NCBI GenBank assembly: GCA_963678165.1
Contig: OY782755.1
Span: 3,227,996-3,291,995 of the forward strand
Reading direction: 5' to 3'
Length of the DNA: 64,000 bases
Source: an uncultured Acetobacteroides sp.
GTDB lineage: Bacteria > Bacteroidota > Bacteroidia > Bacteroidales > ZOR0009
Shown piece after piece: positions 35,584-44,932 of the stretch. How positions within the stretch are numbered: position 1 is the first letter of the stretch; every line of letters starts with the position of its first letter. The notes below the pieces were generated by a model. It made no database searches. It was given only the letters and a program-made list of their open reading frames with translations, and was not told the DNA's origin. The position numbers were made by a program, and so were the translations under genes.

Positions 35584-36360
35584 CTACCTAGTTAGGAGCT
35601 TAAATTCGATACCAGATATACGCTTATACTCAACGCTTGAACTGCCAAATACCCCTTTAACGTAACGCTTAATGTCGTGAAAAATAGTATAAAGCGAATC
35701 GGGATTGGTGTAGAACACCCGATCGCGCTCGATACGGGCCGATTCGAGGGCGCCTTCGGCAGCTGCGCAACGGTCGTTGGCCGCGATAAGGCTATCGGAG
35801 TACTTGCGTACCCCCTCTTTGGTAAGCTCGGGCTCGTTGGCCGCATACTTAGGGTTAGCCTCAACGAAGGAGGCAATCTGAGCAAAATTGCTGGCCTTGT
35901 CTTCGTAGCCCAGCTGAGAGGCAGTACGCGCTTTAGGCTTCGTTTCGGGAGTAACCGCAGAAGCAGCATCGGCTGTTGTAAGGGCGGTCGTGGCTTCCAA
36001 ATTCTTATTCTCCTTCTTCGAGGTTGACTTAGGACGCATCTTGCGGGCAATGGCCTTTATGCTTTCTAGAGCCTTCGCATCGACACCCGAAATGGAGTAG
36101 ATGCTTACCACACGAGGAAAAAACGAATCGAGATCGTTGAAAAGAGCAAAACGAACGTTTATGGCATCGCTGCAAGCCGCCTCGGCGGACTGCTGATCGT
36201 CTAACGTTTTTTGGCCAAGCGCCCCATACTTCGTAAGGTTGAGCGACTTTAGCATTTCCTGCGCAGGGTTGTACTTAGCCCCCAGCTCCCCAGTAACGCC
36301 TACTATTTTTTTAAAGTTGGCAAGGTTGTTGGCATGACCCGTGTTACTTGCTGTACCCAT
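35584..36360 (-). CDS. Hypothetical helical protein
   Basis: Long ORF with its own terminator. The start is placed at MGTASNTGHANNLANFKK, with alternative ATGs at 36405 and 36477. No recognisable motifs. Confidence 0.55.
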   Translation of the reverse strand: MGTASNTGHANNLANFKKIVGVTGELGAKYNPAQEMLKSLNLTKYGALGQKTLDDQQSAEAACSDAINVRFALFNDLDSFFPRVVSIYSISGVDAKALESIKAIARKMRPKSTSKKENKNLEATTALTTADAASAVTPETKPKARTASQLGYEDKASNFAQIASFVEANPKYAANEPELTKEGVRKYSDSLIAANDRCAAAEGALESARIERDRVFYTNPDSLYTIFHDIKRYVKGVFGSSSVEYKRISGIEFKLLTR

Positions 36361-36737
36361 AAATACTAAAAGAGTTTTAATTAATATTTGAGTTAACTTA
36401 TACATCGGTGAAATTGTATAATTACATTTTTGGCTGTTGGCAATGTACACTCTCTCATCACGAAGTACAGAAAACAAATTTAAGATTCTTTACTAGAAAA
36501 ACAAATTTTTCACCAAATATTTCATCATGGTAATAAAATAATGCAGCAAACATATCCCTATGTGATAGCCGTATTAGCTTTTATGCGATACGATATACCA
36601 TTAAACATCGCTAAATTATTGCCACTACCGGCAGCAGGGGTAGCAGCCCATCGGTAAATGCCGAGGAGGTAACGCCGACAAAAGAAAGTCAACCAAAAAA
36701 AGTTAAACATTGAAGAACAATGTTAGCATTATTTACC

Positions 36738-36745
36738 TATGTTTG
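36738..36745 (+). promoter_or_regulatory. Orphan Bacteroidota -7 box
   Basis: TATGTTTG is an exact TAnnTTTG match. It lies in a divergent intergenic region with no ORF downstream before the hairpin/U-tract at 36767-36838. Confidence 0.4.
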
Positions 36746-36749
36746 GGGT

Positions 36750-36840
36750 GATAAAAATTTGGTCACGAAACCTTTCCTGTCCGGGACGTCCTCCTCAACT
36801 GTCTATCCTGTATACTCGGACATGGAAAGGTTTCTTTTAA
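36750..36840 (+). ncRNA. Candidate small RNA of about 90 nt (promoter box + long hairpin + U-tract)
   Basis: 17-bp stem with one bulge, GAAACCTTTCCTGTCCG (36767-36783) / CGGACATGGAAAGGTTTC (36817-36834). The 33-nt loop contains the palindrome GGACGTCC. The stem is followed by TTTTAAAAATT. Confidence 0.3.
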
Positions 36841-37006
36841 AAATTCTACGGATAAGCTCATAATGCCCGCAGCGGTATTCACAAGAAATAGCAGCAGCAT
36901 GGAACCTGAAAGGAAAGGCATGCAAAAATCCCCAAAGGGGTAAGCGCACCTAACCCAACAGAGAAAATGATAAAAAGATAGAATAGCAAATAATAACCCT
37001 AACATT

Positions 37007-38083
37007 ATGGAGTTCAAAGAGCAGATCAAGCAGCTTGGCGACAAGGTTACCAAGCTCAGAGACCAAATTCAAACGGAAGAGGCAACTAAAAGCGCATTTG
37101 TTATGCCATTCATACAGAGCCTCGGGTACGACGTATTCAACCCCATGGAGGTTGTCCCCGAATTTGTAACAGACTTTGGAGCCAAGAACATTGAAAAGGT
37201 TGACTATGCTATCCTAAAGGAAACACAGCCAATAATGATTATTGAATGCAAAAACCATCTGGAGAACTTAGATAAGCATTACACCCAAATCCACAAGTAC
37301 TTTCACCTAACCAAAGCGCGCTTTGCCCTGCTAACAAACGGCGTGGAATACAACTTCTACACCGACCTAGACAACGCCAATAAGATGGATGAAAAGCCAT
37401 TCTTTAGCTTCGACCTCACCACCATCAAGGAGCAGCAGATAAAAGAGCTAGCCCGCTTCCACAAGAGCGGATTTGATGTGAACACGATACTCACATCCGC
37501 TAGCGAGCTTAAATATTCCAATGCAATAAAAAATGTCCTAACAAAAGAGCTTGCCACCCCAAGCGCCGAGTTCGTGAAGTTTTTCGTAAGCCGCGTGTAC
37601 GATGGTAAGGCAACCGAAAAGGTTATGACGCAGTTCACCGAAATTGTTAGAAAGACCGTCGACCAAACCTTCAACGACATTGTTAGCGACCGATTGATGA
37701 ACGCCATTAACCAAACAAAGCCTCAACAGGTAGAGACCGACACAGCCAATGCCCATGAAAAAGCAGCGGAGGAAAGCAAGATTGTAACCACCGAAGAGGA
37801 GCTTAACGGCTTTTACATCATCAAAAGCATCCTTCGCACCAGCATTGATGCCGAAAGAATACACTACCGCGATTCGCAAACCTACTGCAGCGTCATCCTA
37901 GACAATAACAATCGGAAACCGATATGCCGACTATGGCTAAATGGACAAACAAAGAAGTATATCGGCCTTTTTGACGAGAACAAGAAGGAAACCAAGATTG
38001 AAATTGCAACGCTAGACGATATCTACGGCTATGGCACGCAGCTAGTGGATACCTTACAGATGTATGAGAGCGAAGAGAAGTAG
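37007..38083 (+). CDS. Stand-alone HsdR-N-terminal-like (PD-(D/E)xK restriction-endonuclease-fold) protein
   Basis: 358 aa. The N-terminus EEATKSAFVMPFIQSLGYDV ... VDYAIL ... IIECKN is the typical HSDR_N pattern. No helicase or methylase partner is present. Confidence 0.75.
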   Translation: MEFKEQIKQLGDKVTKLRDQIQTEEATKSAFVMPFIQSLGYDVFNPMEVVPEFVTDFGAKNIEKVDYAILKETQPIMIIECKNHLENLDKHYTQIHKYFHLTKARFALLTNGVEYNFYTDLDNANKMDEKPFFSFDLTTIKEQQIKELARFHKSGFDVNTILTSASELKYSNAIKNVLTKELATPSAEFVKFFVSRVYDGKATEKVMTQFTEIVRKTVDQTFNDIVSDRLMNAINQTKPQQVETDTANAHEKAAEESKIVTTEEELNGFYIIKSILRTSIDAERIHYRDSQTYCSVILDNNNRKPICRLWLNGQTKKYIGLFDENKKETKIEIATLDDIYGYGTQLVDTLQMYESEEK

Positions 38084-38156
38084 ATACCAAACGCACACCA
38101 GCCGTATCGTAATACTTTATCAGTACCTTCGAAGCGTATAAAAAAGATATTGCGCT

Positions 38157-38822
38157 TTGGAAAATTTAGTAGCCCTTGAAGAAAAGAACAAGCTAACGCT
38201 GCTTGATGTTGTAATTTTGGTTCTATCGGTCTACGTGCTAGCCTCGCTAATGGTAGAGACGTTTGGCAAGCTGCCGAGCAACATGACGCATCTGCTAAGC
38301 ATCATCGACAACTTCATCTGCTATATTTTTCTTGCCGACTTCGCCTATCGCTTCTACAAGGCACCAAATAAGTTACAATTCATGAAGTGGGGATGGATAG
38401 ATTTGGTATCTAGCATTCCCACCATTGGAGTCCTCCGCTACGGGAGGTTCATACGCCTTGTCAGGCTACTGCGTATACTTCGCGCCTTTCGCTCTATAAA
38501 GTTCATCGCAAAGCATATCTACAGGAACAAGAAACAGGGAACATTCACGAGCGTGACCCTTATCGCCTTCCTGATGATCGTGTTTGGCTCCATCTCTATA
38601 CTGCAGGTAGAGACGGCAGCCAACTCCAACATTAGAACAGCCGAAGATGCAATATGGTGGTCTTTCACCACCATAACGACGGTAGGCTATGGCGACCTGT
38701 ACCCTGTAACGACCGAAGGACGAATTATTGCTGCATTCCTAATGGTAACAGGCGTAGGCATATTCGGCACCTTTACCGGCTTTGTGGCATCGTGGTTTGT
38801 TAAGGATAAGAGCGAAGAGTAA
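38157..38822 (+). CDS. Voltage-gated-type potassium channel (ion transport protein)
   Basis: It has an S4-like segment RLVRLLRILRAFRSIK and the selectivity filter TTVGYGD. The track start is a TTG codon, and the first TM helix precedes the first in-frame ATG. Confidence 0.88.
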   Translation: MENLVALEEKNKLTLLDVVILVLSVYVLASLMVETFGKLPSNMTHLLSIIDNFICYIFLADFAYRFYKAPNKLQFMKWGWIDLVSSIPTIGVLRYGRFIRLVRLLRILRAFRSIKFIAKHIYRNKKQGTFTSVTLIAFLMIVFGSISILQVETAANSNIRTAEDAIWWSFTTITTVGYGDLYPVTTEGRIIAAFLMVTGVGIFGTFTGFVASWFVKDKSEE

Positions 38823-38902
38823 CGGGCAAGCACGATAATAAGCAAAGATGACGAAAGCGAAAACCGTCTGCTAACAAAAAACACCTAGTATATTAACTTG
38901 TA

Positions 38903-39439
38903 ATGAAGAATCAGCAAGAAAGGACTTTCAACATGCCCAAAAAAATACTTCTATCATTTCTACTGTGTGTAGCATACCTCTGGTCCTACTCGCAGAACGA
39001 AAGACCCTATCGAGAAGAGTATGTGCTCAAGCTGCCTGTAAACAGCAAGCAGTTCTACGAGCAAAAAGTTAACCGATCACCTTTTTTTGTAAAGGATAAT
39101 ATCCTTCAAATCTATCCGGGAGAAAAGATATTCGTTGAGGTTGAAAGCGACACAAGCACGATCACCTCAATGAAGGTTGTAAAAGAGAACCTTAACCCTG
39201 AGAAAACCATTACCATTGAACTATCACAAGAGGTAAAGGATCGGATAAGTGAGCACATGATGCTAGAAATCAACAATCCATTTAATAAGGTGCTAGAATA
39301 TAAAGCCATGATGTTTATTGTTGGACACGACAAGTGGATTAGCACCGATGTGCTGCCAGTAAAAGCAAAGCTTACCAGCTTCGAGATGTGGAACGATGTA
39401 ATAACAACACTCGTACTTTCAGATTGGAAGTTAAAGTAA
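38903..39439 (+). CDS. Hypothetical secreted protein
   Basis: Signal peptide MPKKILLSFLLCVAYLWSYSQ (alternative start at 38933). No recognisable motifs. Confidence 0.55.
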   Translation: MKNQQERTFNMPKKILLSFLLCVAYLWSYSQNERPYREEYVLKLPVNSKQFYEQKVNRSPFFVKDNILQIYPGEKIFVEVESDTSTITSMKVVKENLNPEKTITIELSQEVKDRISEHMMLEINNPFNKVLEYKAMMFIVGHDKWISTDVLPVKAKLTSFEMWNDVITTLVLSDWKLK

Positions 39440-39603
39440 AGAAAGCACAACTTGCAGCATCCCCTAGCTAGGCGAAATACCCATACAACAATTTTGAGCA
39501 ATCGAGGGCTACAACCTATGAGTAGTAGCCGGAAGCGAGAAAAATAAAATATTAGCACCAGTAATTAAGATCATTGAAAGCAACGGATAAAACATCATTC
39601 ACA

Positions 39604-40314
39604 ATGAAAAAAGCACTAGCCATTTTGGCGCTACTACTTTCCACCACTGCATTTGGGCAACAGGGCGAGAAAAACTTCATAGACCAAAACTACATAGAGG
39701 TAACCGGAAAGTCGGAGATGGAAATCGCTCCCGATAAGATCTACATAAAAATTGTAGTAAACGAAAAGGACATTAAAGGCAAAAGTCTCGCTGAGATTGA
39801 GACCTCGATGGTTGCAAAGCTGCAGGAAATAGGAATAGACACAAAGAAGGATCTAGCTATTAAAGACGTTGCCAGCAACTTTAAAAGTTACTGGCTTGCT
39901 AAATCGGACATTATCCTTAGTAAGGAGTACCAGCTGCTCGTTCATGATGGCACTTCGGCAGGTAAAGCTTTCGTAGAGCTTCAAAGCATAGGTATTTCCA
40001 ACGTATCGATAGACCGAGTTGAAAGCAGCAAAATTGTAGACTACAGAAAAGAGGTGAAGCTACAAGCAATAAAAGCCGCTCAGGAAAAAGCGAAGGCGCT
40101 TACCGAAGCTATAGGCCAGAATATCGGCAGAGCCTTATTCGTAAGGGAAGTCGAGAATGACGCATACAATGCACTACAAGGAAGAGTCCCCGGTATTGTA
40201 GTGAGAGGCTACGCCAACTCAGTTATGTCGGTTTCTGACAAATCGGAGCAGAATATTGAATTTGAAAAGATAAAGTTGGAGTATAGCGTATTCGTAAGGT
40301 TTGATCTGAAATAA
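39604..40314 (+). CDS. SIMPL/DUF541-family periplasmic protein
   Basis: The start is at MKKALAILALLLSTTAFGQ. NYIEVTGKSEMEIAPDKIYIKIVV and the C-terminal pattern fit the SIMPL (BP26-like) family. Confidence 0.7.
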   Translation: MKKALAILALLLSTTAFGQQGEKNFIDQNYIEVTGKSEMEIAPDKIYIKIVVNEKDIKGKSLAEIETSMVAKLQEIGIDTKKDLAIKDVASNFKSYWLAKSDIILSKEYQLLVHDGTSAGKAFVELQSIGISNVSIDRVESSKIVDYRKEVKLQAIKAAQEKAKALTEAIGQNIGRALFVREVENDAYNALQGRVPGIVVRGYANSVMSVSDKSEQNIEFEKIKLEYSVFVRFDLK

Positions 40315-40604
40315 GGGGCAAGCCGCAATCATCGCTATAAAGCAAAAAAGGGAGACAAAAAAGACAAAGCCAGAATACAAACAAAGCGGAATACCCAAAG
40401 CTATCCGCTCTACCAGCCAAGTGCACTGGAGCGGCATAGAGGGCAACCGCCACATAAAGCAAAAGCATAGGCAGTGCCAACGCATTGCAAGAAGGATGTG
40501 GTGACTACAGAAGAGCTAGAACAGCATCAAACAGGTGCTAGTTCTGCCCCCCAACCCCATCCGCACAAAACCCATAAGTACGAATCAGTCTAACACCCAA
40601 TAGT

Positions 40605-41402
40605 ATGAAAAGATTGCTGCTGATTACCGCATGCCTTACGCTCCTGCTCTCGGGATGCGACAAGGAGACCACCTACCCCAGCAACCTGCTGGCCACATGG
40701 CAACCCCAGGAGCATAGCTTTCTGGTTACGCTTACCCGCGACTACAGCTTCGTTAGCCTCTTCGGCAACCCATGGAAGGGGGAGGTAAGGGTAAACGGAA
40801 ACCTGGTAGACTTTAGCGACAACCGATTCATCATCGACAACTCGCTTGGCGATAAAAGGCTATACGGCAAGAGCATCAACTTTACCTTCTACAGCAATGC
40901 CGTAGCTATTGTACAAAACGAAAAGAGCTACGTGCTCACCAGCGGCTTTAGCGTAGACCTGGCTAAAGGCACCTTTACCGCCAAAGGAACCGCCACCTCC
41001 AAAACCGAAAGCATCGAGGTTGACGTAAGCCTAAGCGCGCCAACCGTTAGCATAAAGAAGGGGGTGGAGTACCCCATTGTTGATGCCATGTTCTTCACCA
41101 AGGCTCCCATTCAGAAGATCACCTTTACCAGCAACGGGAAGATTAGGGGATCCCTGATGGACATTGACGTTTGCACCGACTTCACGGGAAGCTACTCCAC
41201 CAACGGGGAGACGCTCAACCTGTCGTACAACGTATTTACCAAGAACGTGAGCTACAGCTACACCTACGAGGTGAAGGACAACCACCTGGTGCTAACAAGG
41301 CCCATCGACTACAGCACCTACGACATCTACGCCACCATACCCAAGGAGATCATCGCCAGCTTGAGGTACCAAATTTCGATGGCCCAGCTGCCGAACGAGT
41401 AG
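40605..41402 (+). CDS. Hypothetical lipoprotein
   Basis: Lipoprotein signal MKRLLLITACLTLLLSGCDKE and a beta-rich sequence. Confidence 0.6.
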   Translation: MKRLLLITACLTLLLSGCDKETTYPSNLLATWQPQEHSFLVTLTRDYSFVSLFGNPWKGEVRVNGNLVDFSDNRFIIDNSLGDKRLYGKSINFTFYSNAVAIVQNEKSYVLTSGFSVDLAKGTFTAKGTATSKTESIEVDVSLSAPTVSIKKGVEYPIVDAMFFTKAPIQKITFTSNGKIRGSLMDIDVCTDFTGSYSTNGETLNLSYNVFTKNVSYSYTYEVKDNHLVLTRPIDYSTYDIYATIPKEIIASLRYQISMAQLPNE

Positions 41403-41779
41403 GCTGCACGAACAGGGGTGGCAGTAGAGGTGTAAAGGCAAACCAGCCACCACCTCCTATCCGCAGCACGGCGATGCGCGTTTGCGAGCTGGAGGTGAGG
41501 CCAGCCAACCCGGCATTGGAGCAGCGGCAGTACGAGCAACAGCCAAGGCTGCGGTACCGCAACCAAGGGAAGCGCGCCAGCAGGCGCATCGGCCATGATG
41601 CACGGGCGCCCCATCGGAGGGCAACGGCACAAAAGAGGAGCCGCCCTCTTGCGCTATACGATTGTATTGCCGAAATTTATAGGGATAAAATAACGGATGG
41701 GCACGCCGTAACGCCTGCGCCAGGCTCAAGGCCAAGGAGTGGGCTGTCCGCCGAAGTACCATATAAAGCGACTTGAAAC

Positions 41780-42622
41780 ATGAAGAGGATACTACTACTG
41801 CTGAGCTACTGCCTGATTGGGGTAACGCTTGCCGCAGCGCAAGGCGAGGATGCCGAAGGCTGCAAGGACCATCCGATGTTCAACCGTATGCCCCACTTCC
41901 ACCTATCGGAGTGCGACCTCAAGGAGTTCGACGCCTACAGCTTCACCGTGGAGAATAGCACCGAAGAGAGCGCGAAGCGAACAACGGTGGAGGGTAAATT
42001 CTACCACTACACCTACCTGCTCGACGAGGGGGCTAGCGAGGTCTCGGACCTACAGATATTCCGAAACTTCGAGAATGCGCTCAAAAGCATCCACGCCACC
42101 ATCGTCGGCAAGGTGGTTGAGAGCGGAAACAGCTACAGCTTTATCTGCGCCAAGATAGCCAACGGCACCAACGAGACCTGGATAAAGGTTGAAGCCAGCG
42201 CGCCGGAGTACCAGCTAACCATTGTCGAGAAGGAGGCCATGGTGCAGGTCATCCGGGCAACCGACATCCTAGCGGCGCTGAATGCTGATGGGTACATCGC
42301 CCTCGACATTCTCTTCGACAACGGAAAGTCGACCATCAAGCCCGAATCGCAGCCCATCATCGCCGAGCTGGAGCGCCTCCTGTCGGAGAACCCAGCGCTC
42401 AAGGTGAGCATTGAGGGGCATACCGACAATGTTGGCGATGCGGCCAAGAACAAGCAGCTCTCCGAGCAGCGGGCCAACGCCGTTGCAAGCGCCCTAACGG
42501 GCAAGGGCATCGGCAAGCAGCGGCTCTCCACGGCGGGTTGGGGTGCCGAGAAGCCCGTTGCCGACAACCGAACCGCTGAAGGTAGGGCCAAGAACCGCCG
42601 GGTAGAGATCGTAAAGCGGTAA
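41780..42622 (+). CDS. OmpA-family protein (unknown N-terminal domain + OmpA/MotB peptidoglycan-binding C-terminal domain)
   Basis: Signal peptide present. The C-terminus is FDNGKSTIKPES...IEGHTDNVGD...NKQLSEQRANAV...NRRVEIVKR. Confidence 0.88.
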   Translation: MKRILLLLSYCLIGVTLAAAQGEDAEGCKDHPMFNRMPHFHLSECDLKEFDAYSFTVENSTEESAKRTTVEGKFYHYTYLLDEGASEVSDLQIFRNFENALKSIHATIVGKVVESGNSYSFICAKIANGTNETWIKVEASAPEYQLTIVEKEAMVQVIRATDILAALNADGYIALDILFDNGKSTIKPESQPIIAELERLLSENPALKVSIEGHTDNVGDAAKNKQLSEQRANAVASALTGKGIGKQRLSTAGWGAEKPVADNRTAEGRAKNRRVEIVKR

Positions 42623-42830
42623 CACCCGCCCAAGCGGCCGCCCCACAGCGGCAAGGCAGTAGGCCAGACCACCAGGTAAAAGAGTCGCCAACAGCAGCCG
42701 ATAGGTTACCCTCGCAGGCTACCGGGTAAAAGGCTGTACAAACAGCTGTACGGAATAAACGGAAAGAGTATATTTGGAGATCACCGTTTGCTTCACCACG
42801 AAAAAATAATACAAAAAAAAGAAACCATAA

Positions 42831-44513
42831 ATGAGCTACAAACAATCTAACATTTTGAGGAATACAGCAAGCCTATTTTTGCTGTTACTTACATCACCTA
42901 TCTTGCATGCGCAAACTTTTGATACAAATGCAACTTATACAAATGCAATAAAATACTACAAGGCCAAAGACTATAAATCAGCAGCAATTCAATTCAGCAG
43001 AGTTATAGACAGCTGCGGATACGAAATTTCGTCCACAAGCCTTTACAACGGAGCCTGCATATACGCATTAAACCAAGATACCACAAATGCCATAAAAGCA
43101 TTAGGCGTACTTGCCGATAAACGATTATATACCAACTACCAGCATATAGCTGGCGACAGCGACCTGATATGCCTCCATGCCTGTCACGAATGGAAATCTA
43201 TCCTAGATAAGGTTAAGCATAATGAGGAGACACTTCCCCAACGAATCAAGGAAAAGGCTAAAGACGAACTGTTAAAGGCAAAGGCTATCCTGAACAAGGA
43301 TGACGGAAGGCTGTGGGGAGAAAACATATGGACAGACAAATCAATTATCCTAGGCCGCAATGGCGATATCTACTCGCTCTACCCCCTAAAGGGAAGCAGC
43401 ACCACCGATTCTGTTCTATACTACAAAAAAATTGAACCCAACGAGCTAAGCCAAACAAACACCGTACAGGAATACGAAGGAGAGAAATTTGCCACCATTC
43501 TGTATAACTACCTAAACAACAATAGCGGAACAATTATCCATGAACTTTTCCACATTTTACAGGCTAAGCACATAAAGCTCTACGGCAACCAGATTGATTA
43601 CCTAGACAGCTACGATGCAAGAGAGTGGCTACGGCTAGAATTCCAGGCGCTACGAAACGCCCTCAAATCGGCAAATGAGCAAAAGGAAAAGAGTGTTGTT
43701 GAAAGCTACCTGCACGATGCCATTACTTTTAGGAAACTACGCCAGGATAAGTATAGCGCCTTTCTGAAGGAAGAACTCGAGATAGAAACGCTAGAGGGAA
43801 CGGCCAACTATACCGGCTACATTCTATCTACCTACCCCAACAAATATAAGGAAGCAATAAAAGAGATAGACGAACGAGAAGTTGCTGACACCTACACCCG
43901 TCCATTCCCCTATGCCACCGGCTTTGCCTATGGATTGCTCTTTGACCACCTAAATATCCAATGGCGCCAGGGGCTAGATCACGTGTACAACTTTCTAGAC
44001 ATCTACGAGAAGCAATGCCTAGGCAAAGCGCTGAACTTTACCGCCAATGAGCTGAAAAATGCAAGAAAAAGAAACAGTTACGACAGCATCCATAAGCAAG
44101 AAGCAGAAAGAAAGAAGGTAAATGAGAAGAATATTGCCTACTATACCGAAATGTTCTTCAAGAAGCCTACGCTATCGGTGTTGCTAGCCGATAGCCTATT
44201 CGCACAAAGCTACGACATGAATGGAACACTATCTCTTAAAGAAAAAGGAATGGTGTACTCAAACATCAAAGGTAAAGATCGACAAGGGAAAAACTTTGGC
44301 AACTTTTCTACAGCTGAGGGTAAAGCGGCACTTGGCGTTTCTGGAATCTTGAAAAAGCGTAACGGTAAAAACACTTGGTTTACCTTTCCACTTCCTACAG
44401 AAATAAAAGGAAACACTATTGTAGGAGAGTACTACACCATAGAGCTAAACCAAGGTTGGAAGGTGGAAAAAGCCGACAAAAAAGGAAACCTACGGATTGT
44501 AAAGGCCCAATAG
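42831..44513 (+). CDS. Secreted hypothetical protein with an HExxH motif (possible gluzincin-type metallopeptidase)
   Basis: Signal peptide ...LLLLTSPILHAQ, IIHELFH, and a downstream LEGTANY that could supply a third ligand. The gene is markedly AT-rich compared with its neighbours. Confidence 0.55.
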   Translation: MSYKQSNILRNTASLFLLLLTSPILHAQTFDTNATYTNAIKYYKAKDYKSAAIQFSRVIDSCGYEISSTSLYNGACIYALNQDTTNAIKALGVLADKRLYTNYQHIAGDSDLICLHACHEWKSILDKVKHNEETLPQRIKEKAKDELLKAKAILNKDDGRLWGENIWTDKSIILGRNGDIYSLYPLKGSSTTDSVLYYKKIEPNELSQTNTVQEYEGEKFATILYNYLNNNSGTIIHELFHILQAKHIKLYGNQIDYLDSYDAREWLRLEFQALRNALKSANEQKEKSVVESYLHDAITFRKLRQDKYSAFLKEELEIETLEGTANYTGYILSTYPNKYKEAIKEIDEREVADTYTRPFPYATGFAYGLLFDHLNIQWRQGLDHVYNFLDIYEKQCLGKALNFTANELKNARKRNSYDSIHKQEAERKKVNEKNIAYYTEMFFKKPTLSVLLADSLFAQSYDMNGTLSLKEKGMVYSNIKGKDRQGKNFGNFSTAEGKAALGVSGILKKRNGKNTWFTFPLPTEIKGNTIVGEYYTIELNQGWKVEKADKKGNLRIVKAQ

Positions 44514-44539
44514 ATGATTTTTTCATGAAGATGTCATGA

Positions 44540-44761
44540 CGTATAGCAAAAGTAAAAGAAGCAATAGTCCAGTTTGCAGCAACCTTTACCCTAGCAGACC
44601 AATCGACGCCAAACAACTTAACGAACAGACTTCTGCTACCCTTCGACATTAATCGAAAAATACCGTATCCCACAATAGCAAGTGGAGGCATCATACTGGT
44701 AGTGGCGCAATGCTGCCTCACCAAGCCATCAGGCAAAGGAGCAGCCAACAGCAGCCGATAG
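44540..44761 (+). pseudogene. Start-less relic paralogous to the C-terminus of the 44933..45574 membrane protein
   Basis: The frame is open only from a TGA at 44537-44539. It translates as ...ADQSTPNNLTNRLLLPFDINRKIPYPTIASGGIILVVAQCCLTK..., versus the full gene's ...SQSTPADLKHMLRLPFDITPAMLYAIIVAGGIMLVAAQYWLTK.... Confidence 0.7.
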
Positions 44762-44932
44762 GCTCACCTTGCAGGTGTTGGATAAAGGGCTCTCCACCTC
44801 CATTAGCACCTAGCAGTTAAAGGAGAAAGCCCTCTTACCAGCAGCCTCGCACGGAGAGGTACCCGCACCACAGCGACAACCTAGAATGGCACCCGCCCAA
44901 GTGGGCAATTAAAAGTATAAGGGAGGAAAAGA

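Noticed and set aside
41171-41776. 201-aa ORF and several overlapping ORFs (41327..41632-, 41350..41589-, 41457..41762-) in the GC-rich spacer
   Set aside because: They are Arg/Pro/Gln/His-rich low-complexity translations overlapping in multiple frames. 41171..41776 also overlaps the 3' end of the lipoprotein gene. This is typical of spurious ORFs in GC-rich DNA.
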